From the sequence record SRR31156797_2307: DNA of 64,000 nucleotides; one strand, given 5' to 3'. The position numbers and the translations under genes were made by a program. The notes beneath the pieces are model-generated. The model was not told where the DNA came from, searched no databases, and saw only the letters and a list, made by a program, of their open reading frames with translations. Below are positions 61,886 through 64,000 of the stretch, one piece after another; the first letter of the stretch is position 1; each line of letters begins with the position of its first letter.

Positions 61886-61951
61886 TTAGTTCATATACAG
61901 TATGGACTAGTTGTAAATTCGTGTATTTAGATAGTAAACTAACATTATAAA

Positions 61952-63499
61952 ATGAAGCAATATCTATTGAAAATTAAATTTTTATGTACCAACACAATTC
62001 TTAAATCATCAGCAGGAGTTTTGCTAATTACACTTTTTGTGAAATTGTTTGGTTATGCAGAAAAATTGATTTTGGCTAAATACTTTGGTACTAGTGATCA
62101 GGTTGATGTTTACTTATTAGTTTTGACTATAGTATTAAGTATATTTTACTTTTTTAGGGAGGTGATTGAACCAGGGGTTTTAAATGTTTTTCTTAAATGT
62201 ATTGGAAACAATAAAGAAACGGAAGCATGGGTTATTTTTAATAAAGTTTTTCAATTGATCTTAGGATTAACAATTGCTTTGAGTTTTATAGCTATATTAT
62301 TTCCACAATTATTTACTAGTGTCTTTGCACCTGGATTTGAAGGTGAAAAATTATTACTTGTTAACCAATTAGTCCCAATAGTTATTCCTGCTGGAATATT
62401 TCTTTCCTTATCGACCTTAACTAGTATAACCCTTAATGGACTTAAGTTATTTGTATTGCCAGCTTCAGGAGAACTTGCTTTTAAAGGAGCAATTGTTATT
62501 TGTATGATTTTATTTTATAAGGAATACGGAATTGTAGGAGCGAGTATAGGTATTGTCTTAGGCTCAATTGGAAAATTAGTTGTTCACATAACTAAATTAT
62601 ATAAAAAAGTTACATTTCGTAGAGTTAAAATCAACGCCAAGTATAAAAAACAGATCTGGCAACTAACATGGCCTCTTCTAGTTGGAGTGAGTTTTTCGCA
62701 ATTAAGCGGATTAGTTGATAATATTTTTGCATCTTATCTTCAAGAAGGAGCCATTGCAGCATTGAGTTATGCAAAAAAAGTTGTTGAATTACCTGTTATA
62801 TTATTTCCCTACGTTATAAGCATAGTTATTTTTCCATTTTTTACTCAGTTATCTGTGGAAAAACAAACCTTTAAATTAAATAAACTTTTGTTAGACTCAT
62901 TAAAGTGGATTGTTATAGCTTTTATTCCTATTTCGATATTTTTTGTTATTTATTCAAGGCCAATCATTGAGATTGTTTTTCAGCGAGGTGCATTTGATGT
63001 AAATTCCACATTGTTAACTGCAGATCCGTTTCTTATATATTCTACAGGACTAGTTTTTTTTGCAATAGAAACGATTCTTGTAGTTTTCTATTATTCGAAA
63101 GCAGATACTATTACTCCTGTCTTTGTAGGAATAGTTTGTGTGATTATAAATATATTGTTAACATGGATATTTATTCAATATATGGAGTACTTAGGAATTG
63201 CAATAGCCTTTGTTGTTCAAAAGTGTATTAAAAATATAGTGTTATTATTTCTTTTAAAACGTAAAATTACTATTGCAAATCAAGGTCTTTGGAGAAAGTT
63301 ATTTAAAATTATTATTGGATCAACCATATTCGCATTTTTTGTTGTTATAAGCAAATTGTTGTATATGAATCTGGAAATTAGTCTCTTGTTAAAGTTAAGT
63401 ACAATGGGATTATTTTTCATAATATCTGGATTAATTTATATTGTCGTTTTGGTTTATCTTAATGTAATAGATTTTCGTATAGTAGGCCAAAACGAGTAA
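61952..63499 (+). CDS. MurJ/MviN-family lipid-linked glycan flippase
   Basis: FG.S...D, FAPGF, VD..FAS.L..G.IAAL.YA, FQRGAFD and YY...DT.TP motifs; many TM helices. Confidence 0.85.
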   Translation: MKQYLLKIKFLCTNTILKSSAGVLLITLFVKLFGYAEKLILAKYFGTSDQVDVYLLVLTIVLSIFYFFREVIEPGVLNVFLKCIGNNKETEAWVIFNKVFQLILGLTIALSFIAILFPQLFTSVFAPGFEGEKLLLVNQLVPIVIPAGIFLSLSTLTSITLNGLKLFVLPASGELAFKGAIVICMILFYKEYGIVGASIGIVLGSIGKLVVHITKLYKKVTFRRVKINAKYKKQIWQLTWPLLVGVSFSQLSGLVDNIFASYLQEGAIAALSYAKKVVELPVILFPYVISIVIFPFFTQLSVEKQTFKLNKLLLDSLKWIVIAFIPISIFFVIYSRPIIEIVFQRGAFDVNSTLLTADPFLIYSTGLVFFAIETILVVFYYSKADTITPVFVGIVCVIINILLTWIFIQYMEYLGIAIAFVVQKCIKNIVLLFLLKRKITIANQGLWRKLFKIIIGSTIFAFFVVISKLLYMNLEISLLLKLSTMGLFFIISGLIYIVVLVYLNVIDFRIVGQNE

Positions 63500-63602
63500 G
63501 ATTATTTTTCGTAATAGGGTTGTGTTGAAAATATTATGTTTGTATCATTTTATAGGAACTAATGCTCAAATCATAGAACCAATTAAAGATTTATTCAAAT
63601 AA

Positions 63603-64000
63603 ATGAAAATTGTATTCATAATTGAAAGGTTTCCGTCTCCTACAGAATATTTTATACTAAATGAAATATTACTATTAGAAAAATATAATTATGATATTCA
63701 AATAGTAGCATTAAGAAAACAGAAAAAATTTCCGAATATACCAGATTTAAAGAAACTTAAAGCTGAAATTCATTATATACCTTTATTTCATTTTTACTTC
63801 CCAATTGTATCAATTCTGCGTTCTCTTAAATGCTTAATAGCTTTCTTATTTTCGATAGATAACTCTATTGTACGTTATAATTTTAAATTTTTAAAATCAA
63901 TACGATATTTTGGAATTAGTCAATATTTGGCTAAAAGAGTATTGTCTTGTGATCATATACACGCACATTTTGCTTTTATTCCTATTGATATAGCTTATTA
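63603..64000 (+). CDS. Glycosyltransferase family 4 (WcaL-like), partial, runs off the window end
   Basis: Not in the ORF track. ATG 63603 opens MKIVFIIERFPSPTEYFILNEI...DHIHAHFA with no stop before 64000. Confidence 0.8.
   Translation, partial: MKIVFIIERFPSPTEYFILNEILLLEKYNYDIQIVALRKQKKFPNIPDLKKLKAEIHYIPLFHFYFPIVSILRSLKCLIAFLFSIDNSIVRYNFKFLKSIRYFGISQYLAKRVLSCDHIHAHFAFIPIDIAY

Noticed and set aside
61952-63499. Assigning housekeeping peptidoglycan murJ
   Set aside because: It sits among GT4 and ligase genes, so it may flip a different lipid-linked glycan; only the family is supported.

Overview
AT-rich bacterial DNA, probably Bacteroidota (inferred from MacB-type permease, HlyD and TolC family styles and A-rich start contexts). 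Every credible gene lies on the + strand. (1) 0.17-2.7 kb: an apt (frameshifted)-mtnN-metK adenine/SAM recycling trio, followed by a decayed IS5-family transposase, a GH2 glycosidase whose acid/base Glu is replaced by Gln, and an acyltransferase-3. (2) About 7.7-52.5 kb: a large, unusual hybrid PKS/NRPS biosynthetic gene cluster that I cannot match to a characterised pathway. It encodes an ATP-grasp ligase, a GT-B glycosyltransferase, a free ACP, seven radical SAM genes (four SPASM/twitch-type, one TRAM-less MiaB/RimO-like methylthiotransferase, two disrupted B12-binding ones), two PKSs that each end in a CurM/Ols-type sulfotransferase with no thioesterase (KS-AT0-ACP-ST and KS-AT-KR-KR-ACP-ACP-ST), a C-A-T NRPS with an aminoadipate/glutamate-type A domain, a pair of non-serine alpha/beta hydrolases, an AlkP-fold protein with altered metal ligands, a FkbO/Hyg5-like Rid protein, a His-rich putative beta-propeller family present as four copies (two intact, one eroded, one unannotated C-terminal remnant at a deletion junction), an Sfp PPTase and two export systems. 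(3) 52.6-64 kb: a surface-glycan locus (O-antigen ligase-like protein, carbohydrate-binding-like proteins, SurA-like lipoprotein, three GT4s, MurJ-like flippase) running off the window end. No rRNA, tRNA or CRISPR array was seen.
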